Source of the DNA: Patescibacteria group bacterium
GTDB lineage: Bacteria; Patescibacteriota; Patescibacteriia; Magasanikbacterales; GWA2-37-8
Length of the DNA stretch: 34,396 nucleotides
Reading direction: 5' to 3'
Assembly (NCBI GenBank): GCA_038056955.1
Contig: JBBUEJ010000046.1
Span: 1-34,396 of the forward strand
The position numbers and the translations under genes were made by a program. Shown in pieces: positions 1 to 7,975 of the stretch. Under the pieces are notes generated by a model. It did not search any database, was not told the DNA's origin, and saw only the letters and a program-made list of their open reading frames with translations. Numbering within the stretch: position 1 is the stretch's first letter; each line of letters begins with the position of its first letter.

Positions 1-1172
1 TTTGCCAGAGACGCCTGATCTTCCAAACGTTTAAATGTTTTTTCCAGAGTATCCAAATTTCTGGAATACTCTTTCTTTTTTGCTTCTACTAATTTTGTTT
101 GTTTATCGTCAAGGGGTGTTGTTGTTGCCACTGTTGGTACGCCTTTGACTTCCACAACAGAACGGCAGTCGCCTTGAGCCATACAATAACCAGTTCCGCC
201 CGCTTTGTCTAAACACCATTTGCCGTTTTTGTTTAAGCAGGTAGTTATGGCATCTTCTGTTTTTACCGGGCAAGCTGTTCCTTCCGGCGTTTTAGTGCCA
301 TCAGGACACAATTTATAGGTTGGGGTGGAAATAACGGGTGATACAACAACAGGAGTTTGAGAAGGGGGTGTTGAAACTGGGACAGAACTTGGAGCTGGTG
401 TTGTGGTGGTTTGGGTTGTAGTGGAGGTGGAATTGTTTGTTACAGCAACCAAAGTTGTGGCCGAAACCGACGCGCTTTGTGGTGAAAGATTGCCGGCGGT
501 GTCTTGAGCGGCAACTGTATAACTATAACTTGTGCCGGGAGAAAGATCGTTAGTAGTAACGTTATAATAACCACCATAGCCAGTAGAAAACAAAAAAGCG
601 ACAGGTTCAGTATATCCATTTCTATAAACCCAGTACCTGGAAACCCCAACATTGTCGGTAGATTCCAACCAGGAAATCTGGATAGAATAGGTAGATATTG
701 GCGTAACTGACACATTAGTTGGCACAGATGGCGGGGTGGTGTCACTGCTTGTTGTGCCACTAAGCGTAGTTGCAGAAACCGACGCGCTTTGTGGTGAAAG
801 ATTTCCCGCGATGTCTTGAGCGACCACTGTATAAGTATATGTTGTGCCGGGAAAAAGATCGTTATTAGTAGCGTTATAATAACCACTGTAGCCAGTAGAA
901 AACAAAAGACCGACAGGTTCAGTATATCCATTTCTATAAATCCAGTACCTGGAAACCCCAACATTGTCGGTAGATTCCAACCAGAAAATCTGAATAGTAG
1001 AAGAAGATAATGGCGTAGCCGAAACATTGGTCGGCACCGATGGCGGAGTAGTATCGCCGCTCGTTGTTGTTGTCTGCGCCCATCCGGGAAGCGCGGAAAC
1101 AAAACTAGCCAGACCGGCCACCAACACTGCCAAGCCGACCGCCAGACGCTGCCTAGACGAAAATTTTTCCAT
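1..1172 (-). CDS. Secreted protein with two tandem fibronectin type III-like modules and a Cys-rich, coiled-coil C-terminal region (3' end lies beyond the window)
   Basis: Absent from the ORF track because there is no in-window stop. Manual minus-strand translation from ATG 1172-1170 gives MEKFSSRQRLAVGLAVLVAGLASFVSALPGWAQ (signal-peptide-like). Two 104-aa modules follow (DTTPPSVPTNVS..IQI[FS]WLESTDNVGVSRYW[IV]YRNGYTEPV..L[FS]PGT[TS]Y[TS]YTV[VA]AQD.AGNLSPQSASVSATTL). Then come a T/P-rich linker, CPDGTKTPEGTACP..CLNKNGKWC..CMAQGDC, and a K/E-rich tail. The frame was checked at several points and stays open to position 1. Confidence 0.85.
   Translation of the reverse strand, partial: MEKFSSRQRLAVGLAVLVAGLASFVSALPGWAQTTTTSGDTTPPSVPTNVSATPLSSSTIQIFWLESTDNVGVSRYWIYRNGYTEPVGLLFSTGYSGYYNATNNDLFPGTTYTYTVVAQDIAGNLSPQSASVSATTLSGTTSSDTTPPSVPTNVSVTPISTYSIQISWLESTDNVGVSRYWVYRNGYTEPVAFLFSTGYGGYYNVTTNDLSPGTSYSYTVAAQDTAGNLSPQSASVSATTLVAVTNNSTSTTTQTTTTPAPSSVPVSTPPSQTPVVVSPVISTPTYKLCPDGTKTPEGTACPVKTEDAITTCLNKNGKWCLDKAGGTGYCMAQGDCRSVVEVKGVPTVATTTPLDDKQTKLVEAKKKEYSRNLDTLEKTFKRLEDQASLA
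432..1055. repeat. Tandem 312-bp duplication (2 x 104 codons) encoding the two FN3-like modules
   Basis: The gaaaccgacgcgctttgtggtgaaagat block recurs at about 463 and about 775. The two units are near-identical at DNA and protein level, with a period of 312 nt. Confidence 0.9.
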
Positions 1173-1260
1173 ACGCAAAAATAATTAATTAACAAATTTT
1201 CACTATAATATAATTAAGTATATCACACTTCCACCCCCCCTAATGATTCTTACAAAAAAC

Positions 1261-1269
1261 TGTGGATAA
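1261..1269 (+). promoter_or_regulatory. TGTGGATAA 9-mer (identical to the DnaA-box consensus TTATCCACA on the minus strand); function unassigned
   Basis: Exact 9-mer. It lies within a 15-nt string, aaactgtggataact, that recurs at 16111-16125. It sits 38 nt upstream (gene direction) of the TGaTATACT extended -10 (1217-1225) of the FN3 gene. Confidence 0.4.
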
Positions 1270-1271
1270 CT

Positions 1272-1297
1272 AAAAATCTCCCGTGCGGGAGATTTTT
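1272..1297 (-). terminator. Rho-independent terminator downstream of tsf
   Basis: The minus strand reads aaaaatctccc-gcac-gggagattttt: a 7-bp GC-containing stem extended by A/U pairs, followed by a T run. Confidence 0.75.
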
Positions 1298-1331
1298 AAA
1301 TTTTTAATTTCTAATTTTATAATTTTTAATA

Positions 1332-2189
1332 TTATTGCAACTGCGCCTCAACTTCGGAAGCAAAATCACAACCGGGTTTTGTCAGCCCCTCACCCAATTC
1401 AAATCGTTCCATTCTGCTGATAGCAACATTGGCTCCCAATAATTTCTGAATCGTTTTTTCTTCATCCTTTATAAACGGCTGTTCCAACAGACAAATCTCG
1501 CTATAAAATTTGTCCAGCTTGCCGATCAAGATTTTTTCTATGGCGGCTTCCGGCTTGCCTTGCTGTTTTAATTGTTCGGTATAAATTTCTTTTTCTTTGG
1601 CTGCCATTTCGGCCGGAACCTGATCGCGGCTGATGTATTTTGGATTAGACGCGGCCGCGTGCATGGCAATATCGCCGGCCAAACCTGCGTCAGTGGAATT
1701 TTTGAGTAATACCAAAACCGAAATCTTGCCACCCAAATGAGAATAAGCGCCAAAAGCATCGGCGTCGGTTTTTTCCACCACCTCAAATCGGCGCAAAGCA
1801 ATTTTTTCCCCTATTTTTGCGGTGAGATTATTTATTTTTTCTGCAACAACCGGAGACATTGCCGCTTCCATTGAAACCGGTTTATTCTGTAATAAATAAT
1901 CAGTTAACTCATTAACCAATTTCTTGAAGTCTTCATTTTGCGCCACAAAATCCGTTTCGGAATTTACCTCAACTACCACGGCTATGTTGCCGCTTACTTT
2001 TACTTGAGTGGCGCCTTCGGCCGCGACTTTATCAGAACGTTTGGCGGCCTTAATAATGCCTTTTTTACGAAGTATTTCTCCGGCCTTTTCCAGATCCCCC
2101 TCCGCTTCGTCTAAAGCTTTCTTACAATCCATCATTCCCGCTCCGGTAAGGGATCTTAATTTTGCAACGTCTGATGCTGTAATAGTCAT
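1332..2189 (-). CDS. tsf: Translation elongation factor Ts
   Basis: N-terminus MTITASDVAKLRSLTGAGMMDCKKALDEAEGDLEKAGEILRKKG is the classic EF-Ts UBA-like start. The gene lies directly downstream of rpsB, as in most bacteria. Confidence 0.95.
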   Translation of the reverse strand: MTITASDVAKLRSLTGAGMMDCKKALDEAEGDLEKAGEILRKKGIIKAAKRSDKVAAEGATQVKVSGNIAVVVEVNSETDFVAQNEDFKKLVNELTDYLLQNKPVSMEAAMSPVVAEKINNLTAKIGEKIALRRFEVVEKTDADAFGAYSHLGGKISVLVLLKNSTDAGLAGDIAMHAAASNPKYISRDQVPAEMAAKEKEIYTEQLKQQGKPEAAIEKILIGKLDKFYSEICLLEQPFIKDEEKTIQKLLGANVAISRMERFELGEGLTKPGCDFASEVEAQLQ

Positions 2190-2197
2190 ATAATTTT

Positions 2198-2980
2198 TTA
2201 TATTGATTCATCTTTCTTGAGCGCTCGTCTTTCTATCTTTACCGCGTCACGCTTTACGGGTTCGGCTTGGGCGCGTTCCAGTTTTTTCTGTTCAAATTCT
2301 TTTCGGCCTTCATTTACCGCAGAGGCTATCATATCTACGATTAATTTTATAGAGTTGACGGCGTCATCATTGGCCGGAATAGCGTAGTTAACTTTTTCCG
2401 GATTAACATTGGTGTCGCAAACGGCGACAGTTGGCACTTCGGTTCTTTCGGCTTCGGCCAAAGCGGTTTTTTCGGTGCGCATATCGGCAATGTACAAAGC
2501 GTCCGGCATTTTGTCCAAAGTTGTCAGGCCGATTAAATATTTATCCAGTTTTTCCAATTGTTTTTTCATTGTTACTTGTTCTTTTTTGGTATATTTTTCA
2601 ATTTCACCGGTGGCAAACATTTCTTTTAAATTATGATATTTTTTTAACCGGCGTTTCACTTCGTCAAAATTTGTTAACAATCCGCCGATCCAGCGCTCTA
2701 CCAAATATGGCATCTCACAGCTAATGGCGGCCGCTTTGGTAACTTCTCGCGCCTGGCGCTTGGTGCCCACAAATAAAATAACTTGACCTTTGGCGGCCAA
2801 ATTTTTGACATAATTTAGAGCTTTCTCAAGCTGGACTTGAGTTTTTTCTAAATCAACGATATGCACGCCGTTGCGCACGCCAAAGATGTATTGTTCCATC
2901 TTGGGGTGCCAGCGAGACTTTTGATGGCCAAAGTGAACTCCGGCCTTCAACATTTCCAACAATGTTGGCATTTTACTCAT
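2198..2980 (-). CDS. rpsB: 30S ribosomal protein S2
   Basis: LLEMLKAGVHFGHQKSRWHPKM..IFGVRNGVHIVDL is the S2 signature N-terminus. rpsB-tsf synteny supports the call. Confidence 0.95.
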   Translation of the reverse strand: MSKMPTLLEMLKAGVHFGHQKSRWHPKMEQYIFGVRNGVHIVDLEKTQVQLEKALNYVKNLAAKGQVILFVGTKRQAREVTKAAAISCEMPYLVERWIGGLLTNFDEVKRRLKKYHNLKEMFATGEIEKYTKKEQVTMKKQLEKLDKYLIGLTTLDKMPDALYIADMRTEKTALAEAERTEVPTVAVCDTNVNPEKVNYAIPANDDAVNSIKLIVDMIASAVNEGRKEFEQKKLERAQAEPVKRDAVKIERRALKKDESI

Positions 2981-3071
2981 ATTTTCCTTATTATTGCCTC
3001 CTAGCCTTGCCCCGGAATGGTCCGTAGGGAGGAAAAAATTGGCTAGCGAGAGATTAAATTAATATGTGTGC

Positions 3072-3100
3072 AGTATATAGGAAGGACGGGAATTAGTCAA
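3072..3100 (-). promoter_or_regulatory. Sigma70-type promoter for rpsB-tsf (TTGACT-17-TATACT)
   Basis: Minus strand: -35 TTGACT = 3100..3095, -10 TATACT = 3077..3072, with an exact 17-nt spacer. It predicts an 85-nt leader before the rpsB ATG. Confidence 0.65.
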
Positions 3101-3105
3101 GACTG

Positions 3106-3134
3106 TTGACAATGCTCGGTAATAATGATATACT
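3106..3134 (+). promoter_or_regulatory. Sigma70-type promoter for rpmE (TTGACA-17-TGaTATACT)
   Basis: TTGACA at 3106-3111, a 17-nt spacer, TATACT at 3129-3134, and TG at 3126-3127 (extended -10). It is divergent from the rpsB promoter. Confidence 0.7.
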
Positions 3135-3169
3135 GTTGATACCAAATTTAACACTCTTACTTTGAATAT

Positions 3170-3472
3170 ATGCAGAAAAAAATTCATCCGGAATATAATA
3201 ATGATACAGCCGTTACATGCGCTTGCGGCAATAAATTTATTACCGGCAGCACCATGAAGACTATTCGTGTGGAACTTTGCAACAAGTGCCATCCTTTTTA
3301 TACCGGCAAACAGAAATTTGTGGACACCGCCCGCCGCATAGAAAAATTCCAGGAACGCGCGGACAAAAAAACTTCCGCTTCCGCCGCCCGCAAAGGCAAG
3401 AAAGTAAAGAAAGCGGCCGTAGCTGTAAAGAAAACAGCGAAAAAAGCTGCGGCCAAGAAATCAGATAAATAA
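3170..3472 (+). CDS. rpmE: 50S ribosomal protein L31 (Zn-binding type) with a Lys/Ala-rich C-terminal tail
   Basis: [49 protein letters not shown] is a typical L31 core with CxC...CxxC. About 35 extra residues follow ([35 protein letters not shown]). Confidence 0.9.
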   Translation: MQKKIHPEYNNDTAVTCACGNKFITGSTMKTIRVELCNKCHPFYTGKQKFVDTARRIEKFQERADKKTSASAARKGKKVKKAAVAVKKTAKKAAAKKSDK

Positions 3473-3485
3473 CTACCAATAATTT

Positions 3486-3527
3486 AAAAAACAGACTATA
3501 CTATATTATTGTTAGGTCTGTTTTTTA
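3486..3527 (+). terminator. Candidate terminator after rpmE
   Basis: aaaaaacagac (3486-3496) pairs with gtctgtttttt (3516-3526). The loop is long (19 nt) and a T run follows. Confidence 0.5.
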
Positions 3528-3540
3528 TTAATATGGCTGT

Positions 3541-4617
3541 ATGAACAACAAATACAAAGAACTACAATCTAAATTTGCCAAACTGGAAGCCGATTTACAG
3601 AATCCGGCCTTGCTTGGCGGTTCCAAAAAAGTAAAAGAGGTTGCCCAAGAATATAATGAACTAAAACCGGCCATGGAAAAAATAAGAGAACTGACTGTAA
3701 TAGAAAATAGTATTGCGGAAACGGAACTGATTATAAAAGGCAATGATGAAGAAATGAAAGAAATGGCAAACACCGAAATTAATGATTTAGAAATTAAGAA
3801 ATTAAATTTGGAAAAAGAGCTGGACGAAATGACCCGCCCCCAAGACCCGTTTGATAAAAAAAATGTGATTGTGGAAATACGCGCCGGCGTGGGCGGAGAC
3901 GAATCCGCTCTTTTTGCCGCGGACTTGTACCGCATGTACAGCCGCTACGCCGAAAACAAAGGCTGGAAAGTAAACACGCTGGATGCAAACAAAATCGGCA
4001 TCGGCGGTTTTAAAGAAATTATATTCTCCATAAAAGGAAAAAATGTTTACAAAGATTTAAAATACGAAATGGGCGTGCACCGCGTGCAAAGAGTGCCAGA
4101 CACGGAAAAAGCCGGCCGCATTCATACTTCCACCGCCACTGTGGCCGTAATGCCGGAGATAGAAGAAACCGAATTTAAAATCGACCCGAAAGACTTGCGC
4201 ATAGACACCATGACAGCCGGCGGACACGGCGGACAAAGCGTGAACACCACCTACTCGGCGGTGCGCATTGTGTATCTTCCCACCGGCATGATTGTGCAAT
4301 GCCAGGACGAACGCTCCCAAACCGCCAACCGCGAAAAAGCGATGGCCGTCTTGCGCGCCCGTTTGTTTGCCATAGAACAAGAAAGAAAAATGAAAGAACT
4401 AACCGAAAAACGGCGCGCCCAAATTGGCAGCGGCGACCGCAGTGAAAAAATCCGCACCTATAATTTCCCCCAAGACCGCATTACCGATCACCGCATTCAC
4501 CAAAGCTGGAACAGTATTCCCCGGATTCTGGACGGCGAACTGGAGCCGATTATTTTGGCTGTGCGCGCGGCCGATTATGCCGGGCTGGATTATGTTGCCG
4601 ACGAAAGTGAAGAATAG
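3541..4617 (+). CDS. prfA: Peptide chain release factor 1
   Basis: GGQ motif ([12 protein letters not shown]). RF1-type PxT tripeptide in [17 protein letters not shown]. Followed by prmC, as in many bacteria. Confidence 0.93.
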   Translation: MNNKYKELQSKFAKLEADLQNPALLGGSKKVKEVAQEYNELKPAMEKIRELTVIENSIAETELIIKGNDEEMKEMANTEINDLEIKKLNLEKELDEMTRPQDPFDKKNVIVEIRAGVGGDESALFAADLYRMYSRYAENKGWKVNTLDANKIGIGGFKEIIFSIKGKNVYKDLKYEMGVHRVQRVPDTEKAGRIHTSTATVAVMPEIEETEFKIDPKDLRIDTMTAGGHGGQSVNTTYSAVRIVYLPTGMIVQCQDERSQTANREKAMAVLRARLFAIEQERKMKELTEKRRAQIGSGDRSEKIRTYNFPQDRITDHRIHQSWNSIPRILDGELEPIILAVRAADYAGLDYVADESEE

Positions 4618-4618
4618 T

Positions 4619-5413
4619 ATGCTGGATTTTGATTTACTAAAGGCGCGTGCTATAAAAAAGCCAAAAGAATTTTTATACTCTCATCCTGAATATCGTTTAT
4701 CAATTTGGCAACAACTTCGCTTAAAATATTTTGTCTTCCTGCGCAAAAAAGGCTACTCCGTCGCGGCTATTACCAAGCATAAAGAATTTTACGGCTTGGA
4801 TTTTTTTGTAAATAAAAATGTTTTAATCCCCCGCCCGGATACGGAATTGATGGTAACAAAAGCGATTGAGGAAATTAGGAAATTAGGAAATAAAGAAATT
4901 ATTCTAATTGATGTGGGTACAGGCAGTGGCTGTGTTCCTATTTCTGTTTTAAAAAATTTACCGACGCCAATGCCAACCTATGCTGTGGATATTTCCGACC
5001 AAGCTTTAAATGTAGCCAAGAATAATGCAAAAATACATGATGTAAAAATACAATTTTTTCATGGCAATTTACTTGAGCCAATCATCAAAAAAATCATAAA
5101 TCATAAATCTAAAATCATAATTACAGCGAACCTCCCCTACCTCACCGAAAAACAATTCCAATCCGAACCGTCAATTCAACGCGAACCCAAAACCGCGCTG
5201 GTGGCAGACAAAAACGGACTAGCTTTGTACGAAAAATTATTACAGCAAATTAAACTACTCCCTACTACTTACTCCCTACTCCTTCTACTGGAAATAGACC
5301 CATCCCAAACCGAAGAAATCTCAAAACTCATAAAACAATATCTGCCTCAATCAAAAATAGAAATAAAAAAAGACCTTGGCGGTCTTGATAGGTTAGTAAA
5401 AATAACAAGCTAA
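4619..5413 (+). CDS. prmC: Release-factor glutamine N5-methyltransferase (HemK/PrmC family)
   Basis: SAM motif I LIDVGTGSGCV. Motif IV reads ITANLPYL (NLPY instead of NPPY). Start taken at ATG 4619 (M66 of the listed 4424 ORF), 1 nt after the prfA stop. The upstream part of the listed ORF overlaps prfA out of frame. Confidence 0.85.
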   Translation: MLDFDLLKARAIKKPKEFLYSHPEYRLSIWQQLRLKYFVFLRKKGYSVAAITKHKEFYGLDFFVNKNVLIPRPDTELMVTKAIEEIRKLGNKEIILIDVGTGSGCVPISVLKNLPTPMPTYAVDISDQALNVAKNNAKIHDVKIQFFHGNLLEPIIKKIINHKSKIIITANLPYLTEKQFQSEPSIQREPKTALVADKNGLALYEKLLQQIKLLPTTYSLLLLLEIDPSQTEEISKLIKQYLPQSKIEIKKDLGGLDRLVKITS

Positions 5414-6462
5414 TTTGTCACCAAAATATTAGTTGTCTTTGGCACCATTTCTACCCAGGTATTGCCCGGCGCCAACAAAACTTCTTTTTTGTTTTTATCA
5501 TAAAATCGGGTACGGGCGGTAAGAGAAGTTTTTTTCCAGGTTCCGTAAATAACAGCGCCTTTTTTTAAAATTATAGCCTCGCCGCTTCCAATGGTGCTAA
5601 TTTCCACCCGCCCTTTTTCATCGCCATTTATTTCTTTTACGCCGGTAATTTGCACCAAAATATTTCGCGCCCGAACTTCGGAGCCGTCCTTGTCTTTTTC
5701 CGGCGCGCCATTTAATTTACGCGTATAATTCAAATTTTTGGCGTCGTATGTCCAAACGACTTTATAACTTTCACTAAAAGGAATGGTTAACACGCTTTTT
5801 TTGCCGATAGTTTGCCCAATCAATTTTGTATATTTCCAAGCTTTGTCCGCGGTAAATAGCGAACTGGTATTCCCATATCGGTCCACAATTTCTGCCCAAT
5901 TTTCACTGCCGGTATAAAGATTGTGCGGCGCTGACCGGTCTTGGCTTCTGTGGTAATACTGGCCCCAGAAAAATTCATTGGCGTCAAAAATGCGTCTGAC
6001 TTTAATTAAATTTAATGCTTCCGGTGAACCGCCCGAATGCATATATAATCCCCTGCCGTATTCTTGCAGCCAATCCAAAAAGTAGGCTCGGGCGCTACGC
6101 ACCGGACCAACTTCCGCCACCACTTGTTTGCTATCAAAAATAGCCAGATAACGGGTGAGGCCGCCTTCCACCGGCGCTTCATAAACAATTTTTGCCTTAG
6201 CCAGACCGGATACCGGACGCGCATCCGGATGATTGTCTACCATTACACCCACCACTTGCGAAACTGAGTCAGCTTTTTTATTTACCGCTTTCCCGTCTAG
6301 CGAATTTATATATTTAACCGCCGTAGTTAGAAAATCTTTATTGCTTGTGGCCTGTAATAGCTCTTTTGCAGGATAATAATAAAAAAATACGCAGCCAATC
6401 CCGACTATGGAAATTAGCGCCAAAAAAATGATGGGAGGAATTGGCCATGGTTTGCGCTTCAT
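5410..6462 (-). CDS. Membrane-anchored DUF3048-like (YerB-like) protein
   Basis: VGVMVDNHPDARPVSGLAKAKIVYEAPVEGGLTRYLAIF resembles the DUF3048 N-domain signature, and there is an N-terminal TM anchor. Start preferred at ATG 6462 (MKRKPWPIPPIIF...). The listed start at 6486 is a TTG that lies inside the predicted promoter. Confidence 0.7.
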   Translation of the reverse strand: MKRKPWPIPPIIFLALISIVGIGCVFFYYYPAKELLQATSNKDFLTTAVKYINSLDGKAVNKKADSVSQVVGVMVDNHPDARPVSGLAKAKIVYEAPVEGGLTRYLAIFDSKQVVAEVGPVRSARAYFLDWLQEYGRGLYMHSGGSPEALNLIKVRRIFDANEFFWGQYYHRSQDRSAPHNLYTGSENWAEIVDRYGNTSSLFTADKAWKYTKLIGQTIGKKSVLTIPFSESYKVVWTYDAKNLNYTRKLNGAPEKDKDGSEVRARNILVQITGVKEINGDEKGRVEISTIGSGEAIILKKGAVIYGTWKKTSLTARTRFYDKNKKEVLLAPGNTWVEMVPKTTNILVTN

Positions 6463-6490
6463 ATATGTATGTAGTATACCAAACAACTAA

Positions 6491-6516
6491 AAACACTCCA
6501 ATTTCTTGAAGTGTTT
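6491..6516 (-). terminator. Weak candidate terminator after rplY
   Basis: aaacact (6491-6497) pairs with agtgttt (6510-6516) around a 12-nt loop. The minus-strand tail is T-rich (tttttagttg). It overlaps the -35 region of the downstream gene's promoter (TTGGAG-17-TGgTATACT). Confidence 0.35.
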
Positions 6517-6528
6517 ATTTGATTGATT

Positions 6529-7248
6529 TTATTTCTTTTCTTCCTTCTTCTCTTCGGTCTTGGCGCCAGCTTCCGGCTTAACGGCTCCTTCAACAACAGC
6601 GCCCTCTGCGGCCTCTTCTTCTTTCTTCTTGCCGGCAGTTTCAATCTTGCTCAAATCAACCGGCGCGGCGGTTTGTTCCATAGCCTTAATTTCCTCTTCG
6701 GTTAAAGCGGCGGTGGCTTTGGCGATCAAATCTTCGGCATGAGGATTGGTAATAGTAATTCCGGCCGGAACGATTAAATCTTTAATTTTGATGACATCAT
6801 CAAAAGTTTTTAAAACAGTCAAATCCACATTAATATGAGAAACCAGATCTTTGGGCAAACATTTTACTTCCACGGCCATAATGTTGCGCATCAAAGTGCC
6901 GCCCTGTTCTTTAATTACTGGCGCTTCGCCCACAAAACGCAATTCAACGGTAGCGGTCATGGTTTTATTCATATCAATACGGCGCAAATCAACATGGACA
7001 ATGCGGTCGGAAACTGGATCGTACTGGATATCCTGAATCAAAACTTTGCCGTCGGCTTTATCTCCCAAAAGCAAATCAATCAAGCTGGCCTCGCCGGCTT
7101 CGTCGTATAGCTTGGCAAACTCATCGTAATTTAAAGATACTGAAGTAGCTGGCGCGCCCATACCATAAACTACACCCGGGATTAGAGTTTTGGTTCTCAT
7201 TTCGGCTCCTTTGGCGGTTCGTCCTCTGGCTGATAATTTGAATGGCAT
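6529..7248 (-). CDS. rplY: 50S ribosomal protein L25 / general stress protein Ctc, with an acidic/Lys-rich C-terminal tail
   Basis: N-terminus with LIPGVVYG and a two-domain length typical of the Ctc form. The C-terminal low-complexity tail reads KKKEEEAAEGA..EEKKEEKK. Confidence 0.88.
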   Translation of the reverse strand: MPFKLSARGRTAKGAEMRTKTLIPGVVYGMGAPATSVSLNYDEFAKLYDEAGEASLIDLLLGDKADGKVLIQDIQYDPVSDRIVHVDLRRIDMNKTMTATVELRFVGEAPVIKEQGGTLMRNIMAVEVKCLPKDLVSHINVDLTVLKTFDDVIKIKDLIVPAGITITNPHAEDLIAKATAALTEEEIKAMEQTAAPVDLSKIETAGKKKEEEAAEGAVVEGAVKPEAGAKTEEKKEEKK

Positions 7249-7252
7249 ACTA

Positions 7253-7591
7253 CTAATTAAATTTTTTTAAAAAATCCGGACTGTTTATAAGCTTGTGCGC
7301 CTCGATTGTTTCATCAACGGTTAGGGGCGACATTTTGTATAATTTCTGCACGTCTTTTAAACTTAGGTCAGTCACCATTCCTACCGTACTGGTACCTTTA
7401 GGCATGATCATTACCATGGCCATAAAGTGGCTTTGGCAATGCGCGCAGGTGAAATGGACAAATCTGGCGTCACTTTTATTGATGAACAACTTGGCTGCAT
7501 CAGATTTGTAATCACGTCCGCAAACCGGGCAATGGCTAATCAATTTTAAAGTTTTTTTCCAGGAATCTACTTTGCTGTTGTTTGGCAACAT
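7253..7591 (-). CDS. Hypothetical zinc-ribbon protein (CPVC...CAHC), probably co-transcribed with rplY
   Basis: 112-aa ORF with two CxxC pairs (HCPVCGRDY, FTCAHCQSHF). It stops 4 nt before the rplY start. No family recognised. Confidence 0.55.
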   Translation of the reverse strand: MLPNNSKVDSWKKTLKLISHCPVCGRDYKSDAAKLFINKSDARFVHFTCAHCQSHFMAMVMIMPKGTSTVGMVTDLSLKDVQKLYKMSPLTVDETIEAHKLINSPDFLKKFN

Positions 7592-7610
7592 ATATTTTTT
7601 GTATGGACTA

Positions 7611-7640
7611 ATATTAGCATAATTTTGATAAAAATGTCAA
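7611..7640 (-). promoter_or_regulatory. Candidate promoter for the zinc-ribbon gene and rplY (TTGACA-18-TGcTAATAT)
   Basis: Minus strand: TTGACA = 7640..7635, TAATAT = 7616..7611, with TG two nt upstream of the -10. Confidence 0.5.
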
Positions 7641-7644
7641 GGGA

Positions 7645-7686
7645 TAAAAAAAGAAGCCCCGCGCGGCCGATTAACGGCGCGGGGGC
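7645..7686 (-). terminator. Strong GC-rich rho-independent terminator after the two-gene cassette
   Basis: The minus strand reads ccccgcgc-cgttaatcggcc-gcgcgggg followed by cttcttttttta. The stem is 8 bp, all G/C. Confidence 0.8.
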
Positions 7687-7697
7687 CAATGAAAAAG

Positions 7698-7964
7698 TTA
7701 CTTTTTACGCAGTTTGAGAGTCTCGCTAAGAGACCTGATATTTTCCTTTGAAACAATGAGTTTACCTTGATAATTTTCGCCCTCGGCCTGGCAACGTTTG
7801 CCAATCAGAGCGTGGAGAGTTGGTGGTTCATATGGGTGCTCGCCCTCGACTACAATTCTCCGGAACTGGCCCGGCCCAGTTTCTATAAAGTACTGAGGTT
7901 GTTCTTTTTTCCCATCAGCGCCTTTAGCCAGCTTACGAATGATTCGGCCGGTTAATTTTTCCAT
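7698..7964 (-). CDS. Hypothetical 88-aa protein (second gene of the small cassette)
   Basis: ORF preceded by a GGGAG Shine-Dalgarno-like sequence 7 nt upstream (agggagaaaaaccATG). Visibly GC-richer than its neighbours. No family recognised. Confidence 0.55.
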   Translation of the reverse strand: MEKLTGRIIRKLAKGADGKKEQPQYFIETGPGQFRRIVVEGEHPYEPPTLHALIGKRCQAEGENYQGKLIVSKENIRSLSETLKLRKK

Positions 7965-7975
7965 GGTTTTTCTCC

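Noticed and set aside
440-1195. Listed 251-aa minus-strand ORF with an internally repeated sequence
   Set aside because: It is out of frame with the FN3 gene that starts at 1172. Its composition is W/R/C-rich and its repetition simply shadows the 312-bp duplication. The other frame gives a clean signal peptide and FN3 modules.
3528-3935. 135-aa ORF antisense to prfA, and similar antisense ORFs (e.g. 4057-4380, 11872-12210, 19992-20312, 26889-27245, 28057-28356)
   Set aside because: All are embedded in strongly supported genes on the opposite strand and have no recognisable motifs.
4424-4618. N-terminal 65 codons of the listed prmC ORF
   Set aside because: They overlap the prfA C-terminus in another frame. 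A clean ATG at 4619, 1 nt after the prfA stop, begins the recognisable HemK sequence.
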